DNA of 63,735 nucleotides, counting the filler, from Octopus bimaculoides (Eukaryota), in assembly GCF_001194135.2 (NCBI RefSeq). It is 4 parts of 4 records of this genome, joined end to end, with 100 filler letters (N's around TTAATTAATTAA, not from the genome) between each part and the next. Parts side by side here need not be neighbours in the genome. Positions count along the whole stretch, not along the records: positions 1 to 30,157 come from NC_068994.1; positions 30,258 to 53,926 come from NC_068982.1; 2 more parts are not named here. One strand, written 5' to 3'. Below, one piece after another: positions 22,113 through 35,725 of this stretch (its first letter is position 1; every line of letters begins with the position of its first letter). Under the pieces are notes generated by a model that ran no database searches, had not been told where the DNA came from, and saw only the letters and a list, made by a program, of their open reading frames with translations. A program made the position numbers and the translations under genes.

Positions 22113-23059
22113 TCACACACACACTCACATCACACACAAATATAATGATCATAATGGATACATATATAGGTGTGTGCATGTGTGTGTGTATAGATAGATA
22201 TGTATGTATGTATGACACACATGTAGTTTATATTTACATTTATAATAAGGCTGTACAGGATAGCTGCTTTACTGATAAAATCTTTTACAATCCACCACCT
22301 TGTTTATCATCTAGTCATAAGAAGAGACCTTGGAAAGTATTATCATTCACCTCCCACCTTTTCTTCCTTAATGTCAGGACAAGTGGACATATGCAGGTAG
22401 AATATTCTTGCACTTTCTTTTTGTCTTCTTACTTATGAGTGTTTCCTGTTCAAGCATCATCTGCTTTAAAAGCAACTGAAAAACAGTCTTGTTTTCAGCT
22501 TGAACATTGGGAAAATAAATTAATGTTTTAGCTAGGAAATCCTGGGTAGCTCTGGTTTTTACTATATAACACAGTGTCCCAGTATGGCCTCAGTCTGATG
22601 GCTGACACAAGTAAAAGATAAAACATAAAAGATATATATATATATATTATACTGGAAAATTCTCATACTGGAAATCTCTCTTATACCTGAAATCCCCTTC
22701 CATATATCCAAAACCTCTGAGAAATCCCATTCCATTCAAAGTTCAGTCCCCACCAACACGACTCCCCTCTTATATCAGAAATTCCTCTTCTTCCCTTATA
22801 CTGGCAGTTCCATTCAAGGCTCCACCTCTGCCTCAACAGTATGGTAAACCTCTCCTCTGTACCAGAGGACCCACTCTCTTAATTTAAACTTTCACTCATT
22901 TATGTCTGCAGTAATAATGCCTATTAACAACACTTGTACTATTTCATTTCCAATAGGAGTAACAACTTTTAACATGATTGAATGATGATGAATTAAAGTG
23001 AGATCAATCCTTATGATATGTCTGTTATCAAACGCTCATTGAAAACTGTTTTTCAAATG

Positions 23060-26000
23060 CCGAATAACATTACCCCATCACATATCCCTTTCCAAGTTTT
23101 CAGAGTTGGCACTGTCAATGTAAGCGCATTGAAAGGTAGGTCTTGTGAGATTGCTGAGATGCTTGAACGGAGGTGTGCTGATGTGTGTTGCATTCAAAAG
23201 GTAAGGTGGAGGGAAGCTTCAGCTAGGTTCCTCACAGGCAAGACACATAGGTATAAACTCTTCTGGGAAGGTATCAGTGATGGGGTAGATGGTATGGGCA
23301 TACTTCTTGCATAGAAATGGCTTGATAAAGTCTTAGAGGTAGCCAGAGTGTGTGATAGAGTACCTAAGCTCAGGCTAGTTTTGCAGAATAATACAGCAAC
23401 AATTATCTCTGCCTGTGCCCCCACCCAAGCAGGTCTACCGAATGAACAAAAGGATGGCTTTTATGACATCCCTATGCCAGCTACCTCAAAGTCAAATGAC
23501 AATGATCTCATCTTTGTGGCTGGTGATTTCAATGGACACACTGGGCAGCAGCCAGATATCCTCCATGGGGGCCATGGAATTGGTTCTCTAAACAAAGAGA
23601 GAACAAGGCTACTGGAATTTTGTAATGCAAATAACCTATCGATTTGCAACACCTACTTCAGGAACCCAAACAGATACCAGATAACCTATCAATCAGGTAA
23701 CCACACTAGCCAGATTGTTTACATTCTCACCAGACAGTAAGATACATGGTTGCTCATAAATGCAAAGACCTTCCCTGGTGAAGAATGCACCCCCAGCATA
23801 GACGAGTTATTAGTGACTTAAGACTTTAGGCCAGAAGAGCGCCATGAAGAAGACCGATCAGAGATTTAGGGACACCCTAATTGAGAAATTTGACAAGAAG
23901 AAGGAAGAACTACAGACTTGTAACATTGAGGGCAACTGGGAATTCCTTCAGGACATCTTGCTGAGTGTCACAAACCAAATCTGCAGCTGGTGCAAAGTCC
24001 CATCTAGACTGAGGGTGACGTGGTGGTGGAATGATGCTATAGACAAGGCAGGCCTTTAGGGTAGAGAAACAGACCTGGAAGTGTGGGAGTAGCAGGGAAT
24101 TGTATCAGATAGCCAGAAGGGAAGCTAAGAGGCAGGTATATTTAGCCAGGGGAGTAGTAAAAAAGAAGTTTGCCAATGTTCTGTGATGTGAGGACCAGAG
24201 ACTTGAAGTGTTTTTGATTGCTAGACAGTATGTGAGAAAAAATTGTGACGTCATAGGAGAGAAATGTGCCTGCATGGATGATGATTCAGTTGCATTTGAT
24301 GATTCTGCAAAGAAAAGGCTTGGAAATGCCATTATTAAAGGCTACTAAAAGAAAGAAGGAATGAGAGAAGGAGAGCCTGCCAAATGTTGACCCAACTGAG
24401 GGACCAGCTATTTCATTTGATAGTACCTTGGTAGATAAGCAATTAAGGATATGAAGACAGAGAAAGCCCCTGGCCCATCAGGAATCACTGCTGAGATGCT
24501 TAAAATATCTAGTGGTGTAGATTATGGGTAAGTCACCCGTAGAGTTAACCAGGTGGTACATGAAGAAGTCATACCCAATGACTTGTGTAGCAACACCATA
24601 GTCAACTGCTTCAAAGGTAAAGGTGATGCCTTAGATAGAAATAATTACAGAGGTGTCAAATTGTTGGATCAGGTGATGAAAGTTACAGAGAGGGTCATAG
24701 CCCAACTAATTAGAGAAGGAGTTAGTTTAGATGAGATGCAGTTTGGTTTTGTGCTATGAAGAAGTAGTACCACTGATGCTATATTTTTAGTAAGGCAGCT
24801 TCAGGAGAAACTCTTAGCCAAATATAAACCTCTGTACTTGGCTTTTGTTGACATGGAGAAAGCCTTTGACAGGGTCCCCAGATCCTTTATCTGTGGAAAC
24901 CAGGGATAGATGAGTGATTGGTGAAAGCTGTACAAGCAATGTACAGTGATGCTGTCAGTATGATGAGGGTTGGAAATGAGTAAAGAATTCAGGATTCACC
25001 AAGTGGGGGTTCACCAAAGATCAGTCCTCAGCCCTCTCTTGTTCATCACAGTCCTCCAAGCAATAACAGAGGAATTCAAGACAAGCTGCTCATGGGAGTT
25101 TCTCTATGCTGACGACCTTGTTCTTATAGCTGAATCACTTCCAAAACTAGAGAAGTTTCAGGTGTGGAAGCAAGGTCTAGAATAGAGTCAACCTAGCAAA
25201 AACCAAAATCTTAGCAGACAAAACACAAATCCCCTCTGGTAAGGGCATAGGCATAAATTCCATAACATGTGCTCAGTGTAAGCTATGGCTTCATAATAGG
25301 TGCAGCAATATCAAAGGAAAGTTAACAGGGAAAATAGCTATTGTGTGTGGTGGGTGCACAAGCACAATTAACAATAAAACTGTGTAGAAAATAGTCTCCA
25401 TCAAATGCCAAGGGGAAAGCTAGAAGTAGTTGATAGCGTCCGTTATCTAGGTGACCAAGTCAGTAGCAGGGGTGGATGCTCCAAGAGCATAGGTGTTAAA
25501 ATAAGAATAGGTTGGGCAAGGGCCTTTCCCTCAGAGTGAAAGGCAGATTACATGATGCCTGTGTATGAACAGCCATGTTACACAGCAGTGAAACATGGGC
25601 TATGACTGCCGAGGACATGTGTAGCCTTGAAAGAAACGAAGCTAGTATGCTTTGCTGGATATGTAATGTTAGTGTGCATGTATGACAGATTGTAAGCGTC
25701 TTTAGAGAAAAGCTGGGCATAAGAGGCATCAGATGTAGGGTACAAGAGAGACAACTGCATTGGTATGGTTATGTGATGTGTATGGATGCGGACAGTTGTG
25801 TAAAGAAGTGCCAATCTCTACCAGTGGAAGGAAGCTGTGGAAGATGTGGGATGAGGTGGTGAAGCATGATCTTCAAACGTTGTGCCTCACAGAGGCAATG
25901 ACTAGTGATATACCATGCTTGAGATGACCCATCATGCCAATTGAAATCATAGCTTCAGTCGTTGTTGGTGTCATGTAACTGGCACCTGTGCTGGTGGCTC

Positions 26001-26650
26001 ATAAAAAGCACCTTTTGAGTGTTGAGCCTCATGGATGCAATGTGGCCAATGTTGGTGTCACATAACTAGCACCCATGCTGGTGGCATGTAAAAGGCAAAT
26101 TCCAAGCACTGGGCCTCATGGAAGCAATGACAAATGACCAAGACCTTTGGCAATACGCTATGCTTGNNNNNNNNNNNNNNNNNNNNNNNNNNNNNNNNNN
26201 NNNNNNNNNNNNNNNNNNNNNNNNNNNNNNNNNNNNNNNNNNNNNNNNNNNNNNNNNNNNNNNNNNNNNNNNNNNNNNNNNNNNNNNNNNNNNNNNNNNN
26301 NNNNNNNNNNNNNNNNNNNNNNNNNNNNNNNNNNNNNNNNNNNNNNNNNNNNNNNNNNNNNNNNNNNNNNNNNNNNNNNNNNCCTCATGGAAGCAATGAC
26401 AAATGACCAAGACCTTTGGCAATACGCTATGCTTGAGAAGAAGACACATCAAGCCAAATGAAATTATAGTCGTAGCAGATATTGGTGTCATGCAAACTGA
26501 CACCTGTGCTGGTGGCACGTAAAAGCTCCCGTTACACTCTGAGAGTAGGTCTGATGCAGCCCCTCAGCTTACCAGTCTTGGTCAAACTATCCAACCCATG
26601 CCAGCATGAACAGCAGATGCTAAATGATGATGCTAAATGATAATGATATA
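23060..26650 (+). mobile_element. Near full-length decayed RTE-clade LINE (APE + RT + Zn finger + 3' UTR)
   Basis: FRVGTVNVSALKGR, VAGDFNGH, NTYF, QIVYIL, WWWND, NYRGVKLL, YADDL; tail ATGATGCTAAATGATAATG; gap at 26167-26381. Confidence 0.92.
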
Positions 26651-26768
26651 TNNNNNNNNNNNNNNNNNNNNNNNNNNNNNNNNNNNNNNNNNNNNNNNNN
26701 NNNNNNNNNNNNNNNNNNNNNNNNNNNNNNNNNNNNNNNNNNNNNNNNNNNNNNNNNNNNNNNNNNNN

Positions 26769-26800
<32 letters not shown>

Positions 26801-26829
26801 CACACAACCACATATATATATAAACTCCT

Positions 26830-27095
26830 TTGTCTCTCTGATCTCAATGCATTCTCAAACAGCTCAACCAAATCAAATCAAATTTTACATGGTAATATTA
26901 TGAGGCCCCATAAGTGTCAACATGTAATTTTGGGGGATTAAAACAATGCAACATTGGCACTGGTTCTGTATTACATCTCAAAACTCGAAAAATAAAAGTG
27001 AAACATTTGACAGTAAGAGTTATAAATAGTTTCACTTTTATATTGTTTCACTTTTAATAGCCTCACTTTTATTCTTTCACTTTTAATAGTATCAC
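26830..27095 (+). mobile_element. Fragment of the repeat seen at 1-600 (possible Helitron-like)
   Basis: AAATCAAATCAAATTTTACATGGT...AGTGTCAACATGTAAT matches ~478-540; TTTCACTTTTA repeats match ~205-240. Confidence 0.3.
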
Positions 27096-27133
<38 letters not shown>

Positions 27134-27135
<2 letters not shown>

Positions 27136-27245
27136 GGTGGAGGTGCAGTGACCCAGTGGTTAGGGCAGCGGACTAGCAGTCATGGGATCATGGTTTTGAT
27201 TCCCAGACAGGATGTTGTGAGTGTTTATTGAGCGAAAAACCTATG
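27134..27245 (+). mobile_element. tRNA-derived SINE head
   Basis: GTGACCCAGTGGTTAGGGCAGCGGACT...GGTTTTGATTCCCAGAC with A/B-box spacing. Confidence 0.65.
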
Positions 27246-27321
27246 TATTTATATATATATGTATATCTTTCTATATATATGTATGTATGTATATCTTTGT
27301 ATATATATGTATATGTATATA

Positions 27322-27367
<46 letters not shown>

Positions 27368-27532
27368 NNNNNNNNNNNNNNNNNNNNNNNNNNNNNNNNN
27401 NNNNNNNNNNNNNNNNNNNNNNNNNNNNNNNNNNNNNNNNNNNNNNNNNNNNNNNNNNNNNNNNNNNNNNNNNNNNNNNNNNNNNNNNNNNNNNNNNNNN
27501 NNNNNNNNNNNNNNNNNNNNNNNNNNNNNNNN

Positions 27533-27603
<71 letters not shown>

Positions 27604-27607
27604 TGTA

Positions 27608-28335
27608 GCTTCAGATCGACCAAAGCCTTGTGAGTGGGTTCATACACGGAAACTGAAAGAAGACTGTCGTATATATGTGTATGTGTGTTTGTGTTTGTAC
27701 CCCCTCCATCGTTTGACAACCAATGTTGCTGTGTTTACATCCCCATAACTTAGCAGTTCAGCAAAAGATGCCGATAGAATAAGTACTTGGCCTACGAAGA
27801 ATAAATCCTGGGGTCGATTCGTTCGACCAAAGGCAGTGCTCCAACATGGCTGCAGTCAAATAACTGAAACAAGTAAAAAACTATGCTAGTATTATATATA
27901 AAACATATATTTTATAGATTTATATGCTCAGGCTTGGCTGTGTGGTAAATTCACTTCCCAACCATATGGTTTCTGGGTTCATTCCCACTGTGTAGCACCT
28001 CAGGTAAGTGTCTTTTGTTATAGCCTTGGGCTAACCAAAACCTTGTGAGGGGATTTGATAGACAGAAACTGAAGGTAGCCTGTCATATACACACACACAT
28101 ATATATATGCATATATATTTATCTTTGTGTCTGTGTTTGTTCCCTACCACCACTTGACAACCCGTGCTGGTGGGTTTATGCCCCATTAATTAGTGGTTCA
28201 TTAAAAGAGATCAATGGAATTTGTACCAAGCTTAAAAAAAGTACTGGGATCAGTTCACTCCACTAAAAATTCCTCAAGGCAGTGCCCTAGCATGGCTGCA
28301 GTCTCATGACTGCAACAAGTAAAAGATAAAAGATG
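27608..28335 (+). mobile_element. Two adjacent SINE family A copies (27608-27880 partial; 27925-28335)
   Basis: Both match the 4221-4610 SINE including its 3' end. Confidence 0.8.
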
Positions 28336-28428
28336 ACAGTTGAATCAGAAAACTTTCTGTGCTGTAGATATGAGCGAAAAGATAAACAGAATAGCATAGA
28401 CAATGTCAAGAATAAGAAATTGCAAGTA

Positions 28429-29472
28429 CCGTAAAAACCCATGTAGTTTATGCACTTTTTTACACAAAAATAAAAATAAACTTTGTGGGGTGCATAAATT
28501 ACTTGAGTAGATTGTTTCCAGAACTTTTTTAAAATTCTGTTGTTGAAAAAAACATCTACAAAACGTAAAAATTCGTACTGGAAGTTGACTCATTTAATGT
28601 CAGAATAGGTTTTTACAGAAAAAACAGTGGCTTAAATATGCATAATGAAGTTGACTTTTATTTATGCTGGATGGTATAATGCTTACTTTTTCTATATAAA
28701 TTTACTAAAAACCATTAAACACTTAACTAGTCTTTGAAGTCTGACGTTCATGCTGGTAAACACGGTCTAGGCCATATTTTACATTAATTGGAGTTTCTAT
28801 CTATCACAATGGAGCACCTATTTAATTTCTCCTTCGCAGTAAATGATTCAAAAGTTCTGCTCATACTGACAATAATGGTAATGACTGCTTGACATTCTAT
28901 GAAAGGGATTAAAATTTTGATATCAAAGATTCTGACTAGAATAGGCGGAAAAGAATTCTGTTTACATAATCAGTTTGATCGGTCACCTTCCTCTGTCAGT
29001 TGAGTAAAGTGTCATCCAAGCTGATGTAATTAAACTTAATTTGCAACAGCTGCGTATTTATCAGCTTTGTTTTTGTTGATAATTCTCATCAACAACTTTT
29101 CCTGTGATTGTGATTTGAGAAGACATACAGCAGTATGCTAAAGATCGGACATAATCTCTTGTGGGCAAGGAATGTAAAATAAATTTTATGATAAACAACA
29201 CAAACACTTTGTAATTTAGTAGCTTTCAATGTGATACCTGTTAAACAGAAATTATTTTTATTTAATGAAAATTTAATAAAATCTGATCATAAGTGAGTGA
29301 AACTATGCTAAATACAACTAAATTGAAAACCTTTTTCCCCTGGCTATATTGGCAATTCTGAAAACTTTTTAGGTGCAAATTTTACATGAGTAGAAGCTTT
29401 TTTTAACATATTTTATCCTGAAAATCACATACATAAATTACACAGGTGCACAAATTACATAGGTTTTTAGGG
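28429..29472. mobile_element. Non-autonomous Tc1/mariner-superfamily (pogo/Tc2-like) element
   Basis: TA|CCGTAAAAACCCATGTAGTTTATGCAC vs GTGCACAAATTACATAGGTTTTTAGGG|TA; TA TSDs at 28427-28428 and 29473-29474; no intact ORF. Confidence 0.7.
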
Positions 29473-30157
29473 TAATAAAAATAGAATATAAGTAAGCTTA
29501 AAATTAAAATTAAAATTAGAATTAAAAATTAAAGTTCAAATTAAAATAAATAAATGAAAATATACTTATAATAAAGAAAGAAAGAGAAAGGAATGGAAAA
29601 TAATGGAAGAGAAGGGAGAGAAGCAAAGCTACTGTGAGAGAGGAGAAAGAAGAACAAGGAGGAAAGAAAGAGAATAAGTTGGGGTGAAGAAATGATCTAG
29701 AATGTTAGTTATGTATGTATGTATGTATGTATGTATGTATCTATGTGACAAGAGAATTGACAAAAACCAGGAATTTCCAAGGCCTCAGGTTTTATTTCGG
29801 AGATTTCCTTCTCCTAGGTAGATTACCAACCAAGGTTAAAGAGCTTCTACCTGCCCATGAGGTAAGCCGTCCCATTCCAGACACCTAACCGACACTCAGA
29901 CACTCTGTAAAGTGATCAAATATCACTCCGGTGACCGATGTGGAGCAGCTCATCAAAAAAAATAAATAAATAAATAAAATTAAAAAAATAAATAAATAAA
30001 TTTTTAAAAAATAAATAAATTAAATAAATAAATAAATAATAAAAATATATATATATATAAATAAAATATAAAAGATAAAAAATAGTATATATATAAAATT
30101 AAAATTATTCATATATACATATTTACAGACATTCACACACATATACACACCCATACA

Positions 30158-30257
30158 NNNNNNNNNNNNNNNNNNNNNNNNNNNNNNNNNNNNNNNNNNN
30201 NTTAATTAATTAANNNNNNNNNNNNNNNNNNNNNNNNNNNNNNNNNNNNNNNNNNNN
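30158..30257. other. Artificial scaffold join (44 N + TTAATTAATTAA + 44 N)
   Basis: Exactly 100 bp; identical structure at 53927-54026 and 62545-62644. Confidence 0.95.
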
Positions 30258-30494
30258 GTAAGCCCACAGCTCGGAAATGGTGGGACACTGTACGAGTGCG
30301 TGCAGAACGGTTTCGTCGCTCTGCCGGCATCTCGGACAGGTCGGCCCCGTGTTTCTCGAGCCATGCCTGTAGAGCTTATCCCAAACGGGTAGTGCTTCTC
30401 GATAGCACTGCCAGGCCAGGGATCTCTGGAAGTTGTCCATAGGTCCCGGCCCGAAGGTCGTCTTAAACAGGCGGGTCAGGTATTCCTCGTCGAC

Positions 30495-30495
<1 letters not shown>
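30258..30495 (-). mobile_element. L1/Tx1-clade LINE fragment (zf-RVT-like region)
   Basis: SLAWQCYREALPVWDKL...CPRCRQSDETVLHALVQCP...W; GC- and CpG-rich; abuts (AGAT)n. Confidence 0.75.
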
Positions 30496-30546
<51 letters not shown>

Positions 30547-31450
30547 TCCCCATAGAGGAAAAATCTTTCGATTTCCTGAGATGGCTTACATTAAGACAGT
30601 TTTCTTTCATTGTTTTCGCAGATATTTAATTCCTGCTGCCTGATGGTTTCACATTTGATCTATCTTCCCGGTAGTTCACTGTCACACGTCTATGCTGTCT
30701 GCTATTAGCTGCGGTATTGTTGTTGTTGTTGTTAAGTAACAGAGCAGCACATGCCACCAAAGTGACGCTGGGTTACAAATATACAACGCCCAGGACACCC
30801 ACCATGATATGGGTACGCCAGGCACACACATCACAGCCAGGGATCAATTACTCATTCACCGTTTCCAGGGGTGAATTATTCACACTTCAAAGAATCCTTC
30901 CCAACACATGGTAATTATGTACCCCACTACTCCTACTCGTGATGAGAGACGCACATATCGTCAATCACTAAGGGTCATGCACTACTGGTTAAGGTCAAGC
31001 AACAACTGACAAGCAAATCTGTGGTGTTGAGCAGAATGTTTGCCGTAGCCCATCTTTTACAAAACATGTATATGTTAACACTTCCAATAAGTTAAGATCA
31101 GAACCCATGCGAGACACTACCTGGTATTGCATATTGGTATTATTATTATTATTATTATTATTATTTCAATTGTTTCTATTTCTTGCCGTGTGTCTTCTCG
31201 ACACCTAAGGCAAAGCAACTCACTGTATACATCGGTAGGCCATTGAAATAAACATACCAGATTGTACATTTACAAAAAAAGGGAACGAAAAAGAAAGAAA
31301 ACGGAAAAGAAAAAAGAAAAAAAAAGAAAATGAAATAAAAAGAATACAAAGAAAATAAAAGGTGAAAAAAGAAAGAAACTTCAAAGCAACAATACTCTTC
31401 TCAATAAGTGTTATAATCATCATCATCATTATATTTTTGTATTTCTTCTA

Positions 31451-31451
31451 C

Positions 31452-31531
<80 letters not shown>

Positions 31532-31745
31532 TAGTAGTAGCAGCGGCAGCAGCAGCAGTAGTGGTAGTAGTAGTAGTAGTAGTAGTAGCAGCAGTAGTAG
31601 CAGTAGTAGTAGTAGTAGCAGTAGTAGTAGTAGTAGTAGTAGTAAGAAGTAGCAGTAGCAGTAGTAGTGGTAGTAGTCGTAGTAGTAGTAGTAGTAGTAG
31701 TAGTAGTTGTTGTTGTTGTTGTTGTAGTAGTAGTAGTAGTAGTAG
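31451..31745. repeat. Compound (AGT)n/(AGC)n/(TGT)n microsatellite
   Basis: Directly visible. Confidence 0.95.
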
Positions 31746-32500
31746 TGTCACACACTTTTTATTGTGCTTCCTCACCACCAGATTCTACAATGCATGCCAA
31801 GTTTACTTTTTCATATCCCGTAAATATTGTTTCCATGCTCTTGTAGTGGAGCATTTCGTTAATTGTATTAGTGTTGGTGTGTTCTGCAATTCACAATATG
31901 TATAAACTGTTGATGTTTCTGTTTTTGAATATCATTGGGATATTTCGTGGAATCAATCGTGTTTCAAACATATTCTAATCTCAGCTGCAGTATTGCATTG
32001 ACTTGTGGGGTTAAATGCTTATAATAATTTAGTCTATTCGTATTAGATTAGGAGGGCCTCCCATTTGTTGTCTACATGTTACTATCAATATTCTGTTTAC
32101 CATTATATACACTATCACCCTAATCATTATCTGCTTTCTTGTTTTTTTTTTCTTTTCTATGTCATATTTACTTTAACTCCTTTTATAAGAGATTATTTTA
32201 TTGTAGCATATTACCGCTATGAAAATTCAACATCTAGCTTAAACACCATGTTTTTAGTGTACGTGGCCATGATCTCTATCTTGCTCAGTTTTCAAGTAAA
32301 TCGAAGGCATCTTGGATGTGTTACATCTATCTAGGCAAAGGTTAGGATTTTTCTGCATTCAAGTTGCAGAATAGAAGTGGCGAAATAGACACGATTAACT
32401 AGAACATTGCTAAATGTAGACATCTTGAAATAAAATATAACGTACACCACGCTTTGGTATATTTTAGAAAGGTGCTGAGTGTCATGAAGAAAAAATATAC

Positions 32501-32548
<48 letters not shown>

Positions 32549-33718
32549 CTTTATTGGTACTAATAAAGATACAGCACATTTTATTATTGCAACATTATTT
32601 GAAGAGCTGTTAGAGTCTGTGCTGTTTTGATGAAGACAACGTCCCCCCCCCAGTACAGAATTATTGTATTTCAACAATGGAGACTAAAATTTAAAAAAAA
32701 TACACACATATAAACAATAACAAAAGAGAATCCCCTAAAAATGATTAGCTATTAATGTTATTATGGCTAGTCTTTGCTTCTCAGTTCCATTTATCTATGT
32801 AAAAAAAAAGATTGTTACTACCGAATTTTCATGACTTAATAAAAGAGTGTTGACAGATGTTATCCTCAGATGTTCCGCTATAAGTTAGAATAATGCTGCA
32901 TCATAAACACAATAGAGATCAATAACAGGCCCTAAGATAGTTCTGAATGAAACATGATGTTCTTTCATCATTCTCATCAATTATTCTTTCTGATGTTTCC
33001 CAAACACGACAGGAAATAAGAAAACAGGTAGACATCTTGCTGAAAACATCTTCCAGTTAAGTAAACAACCCTTAGAAAGATTTTGGACAAAACATAGAAA
33101 TATAAAAGATAAATATAAAGAATTTCTCTCACATTAACACGAGTTCTGGAAGCCTTAATTTCAACATCTATTTATGTATACAGTAGTGAGCTGAAATAGT
33201 GATTCAATAGCTGATGCTTAAATAGCTGAGATAAAATGTTCAATCTAATTTTGGTCAATGGAAGAGTAATTATTTATTTAGAACAATCCGATTATTATCC
33301 AATTAAATAGCCAAAGTATTGGTTTCATTATAAAATAGTATTGAAGTAAACAGTGCTCTTCCTTTTCAGCTTTCTTTCTTAAATTAATTTGCAAAGTATA
33401 TTACAAATATTTATATGTATGTATGATATTATGGTTTTATTTCTTTGAATATTTCATTAATAGAAAAACATGATTTCTAGCTTAAACAACAATGAGGTAC
33501 CCGTGTGTATGCACGTATGGACTTTTGAATGAATGTGTGCGCGCGCGCGTACGTGTATGCGCGCGTGTAGATGTAGTCGAGTATGAATAGTATACATGCA
33601 TATGTGCACACGCATTCACGAGTGTATGCATAGATGCACTGATATCATAGAATAACTGGATGTGTGTTCACTTATTATATGCTAAACTTCTTCTATGTCC
33701 TTCATATTTTGACAATAC

Positions 33719-33798
33719 CTTTGATGTCTTGTAGCTGTAATAGCCGTATTAATCCTGTTCTTTCTGGATATGTAACACACAGCTCCTTAATGCTGATA
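33719..33798 (-). CDS. Candidate internal exon (80 nt, phase 2 to 1)
   Basis: Acceptor CCTTTTTCAG|T, donor AAG|GTATTG; only one open frame, ISIKELCVTYPERTGLIRLLQLQDIK. Confidence 0.4.
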
Positions 33799-33944
33799 CT
33801 GAAAAAGGTATTCCAAATGTTACAAAAAGAATAGGTAGAAACCAAACAACAAAGCCCGGGTTGAGTAACTAGGAATTATCATCATTTTAATACGGCTGTT
33901 TTCTTTTTCTGTAAGCTATAATATTTTATTTTCATCTTTTCCGA

Positions 33945-34095
33945 CTTCATGTCCTGAATTCAAATGCCGCTGGGTTCGACTTTGCCTTTCGTATTTTCGA
34001 AGTTGATGTAATATGTAGCAATTGATCACTGGGGCGATGTAATCGACTTAACCCCTCCTCAGAAATTGCTGGCCACGTACCAATATTTGAAATAA
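33945..34095 (+). mobile_element. tRNA-derived SINE, family B, partial
   Basis: CTGAATTCAAATGCCGC...CGACTTTGCCTTTC...CACTGGGGCGATGTAATCGACT. Confidence 0.7.
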
Positions 34096-34874
34096 TTATT
34101 ATATTCACATCTGATGACCAACTGATTTAAAACTGCTGATCATAATTCCTTTTGTTCGTTCTCCAGAAGTATATCTAATATGCGCTCCTTAACGTTTATA
34201 GAAGTCTTGACAGGAACATCCCAACAGCATTCCTTTAACATAGCCGTTGCTTTCATTTTTATGTCTATCTTCAGCAGACTCCATTATATGAATTTCTTCG
34301 TTTATTCTTCTAGCTACTATACCATAGTTTAAGGCGCAATATTATAGACGCAGCAGCAGCATGTATATGAACATGAACAAATATAATTATATCAAATGGC
34401 ATAACAACTTTTGTGAATTCTTCGCTCTCGAGATAATCTCCCCTTTTCATAGAGAGCTGTTTTTATTGCCATATAGTTACCGTGACATATCCTGTAGAAG
34501 ATGTGTAAAAAGATTAGCTTTCTAAGTGTATTCTATTTTTCTTTGCTTTCTTCTTAGCTGACATATCACTTTCTGTTGCCTTATTTTCCTCGGTACATTC
34601 CATCCTTAATCAACCAATATCTTTCACCTAAACAATTAACTTGAATGAAACAGTTACATAAGGCAATTTTTGCTAAGCTTTCTGGTATAGGTTTATTCAA
34701 AATTATTCAAAGATTTAAGAAACCGTTCAAGGCAAAGTTTGATGTTCAGGTGAATCCAATATTGTCATCAAATTCTTTTCTACTAAACGCATAGAGATTT
34801 ATTGTGTAGTTTTTTCTTTTGTGTTTTCAATAATTCAATCAACAATGCCAAATAATTACAAATGTATATATACG

Positions 34875-34922
<48 letters not shown>

Positions 34923-35308
34923 TACATATGTAAACGCGTAAAATACTCCAGAGCTTCTCTATTTGAGTTATATGATTGAACATGTTCATACATTCGTAGA
35001 TACAAATGCACGCATTCTATTAAACGTATACACTTGCTTATTGTCGAGGCACGCACACTCTGTATACGAGTTCAGGTCTATCTGCACGACCACATATGCA
35101 CACCTCACAAACACATACACACTCACACACATATAGACACATATACATATATCAGCAAATTCAAGTAATCGCAAACACCAACAAATGCCTGGCTATTTAG
35201 TTTATGACTAGCTACACTTCTGCAAACAAAATTGGCTTTCATAAAACTCAAAGGAACACGCATAAATACATAAATGCATGCATACATACATACATAAATA
35301 CATACATA

Positions 35309-35725
35309 TCAGGTTGTCCGGAAAGTTCTGAGCGTTTTTAAGCTAAATCTTTCCGTGGATCATTCAATATACCTGAAATTTAACAAAGTTAAAATGTTGG
35401 CATTGCTTGAAATGGTAATGCATCTTTTCTTTGTTCATGACAAAAAATAGATTTATCTTTCATTCCAGTTCCCCTTTTTTGACATTAGAAATGGATAACC
35501 AAAAATTTCATATTCGCATTGTTATGCCTTTCTATTTTCTAAAAGAGAAAATGCTGCAAAGACTTGCAAAACCATTAGTGAAGTTTATAGTGATAAAGCT
35601 GTAAGGGATTCAACTGATTGAAGGTGCTTTGCAAGTTTTAAACCTGGAGAGTTTAGCTTGGAAGATGACAGTTGTAGTGGAAGAACTTCAAAATTGGATG
35701 AAGATATTTTGAAGGCAAAAGTTTT
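35309..35725 (+). mobile_element. Mariner 5' fragment (TIR + transposase N-terminus)
   Basis: TA|TCAGGTTGTCCGGAAAGTT; MDNQKFHIRIVM...ENAAKT...FSLEDDSCSGR. Confidence 0.75.

Noticed and set aside
26112-26435. Exact ~50-bp direct repeat either side of a gap
   Set aside because: Identical sequence flanking Ns is typical of unmerged overlapping contig ends.
30202-30213. TTAATTAATTAA motif inside N runs, three times
   Set aside because: Identical 44N+12+44N layout with stops in all six frames: an assembly linker, not biology.
31362-31905. Long poly-Ser/Thr/Tyr/Val ORFs (also poly-His at 54087-54500 and ORFs spanning N runs)
   Set aside because: Translations of microsatellites or gaps.
32557-32686. 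Open minus-strand frame after a T-rich acceptor (SPLLKYNNSVLGGGRC...)
   Set aside because: No convincing donor and phase does not fit neighbouring candidate exons.
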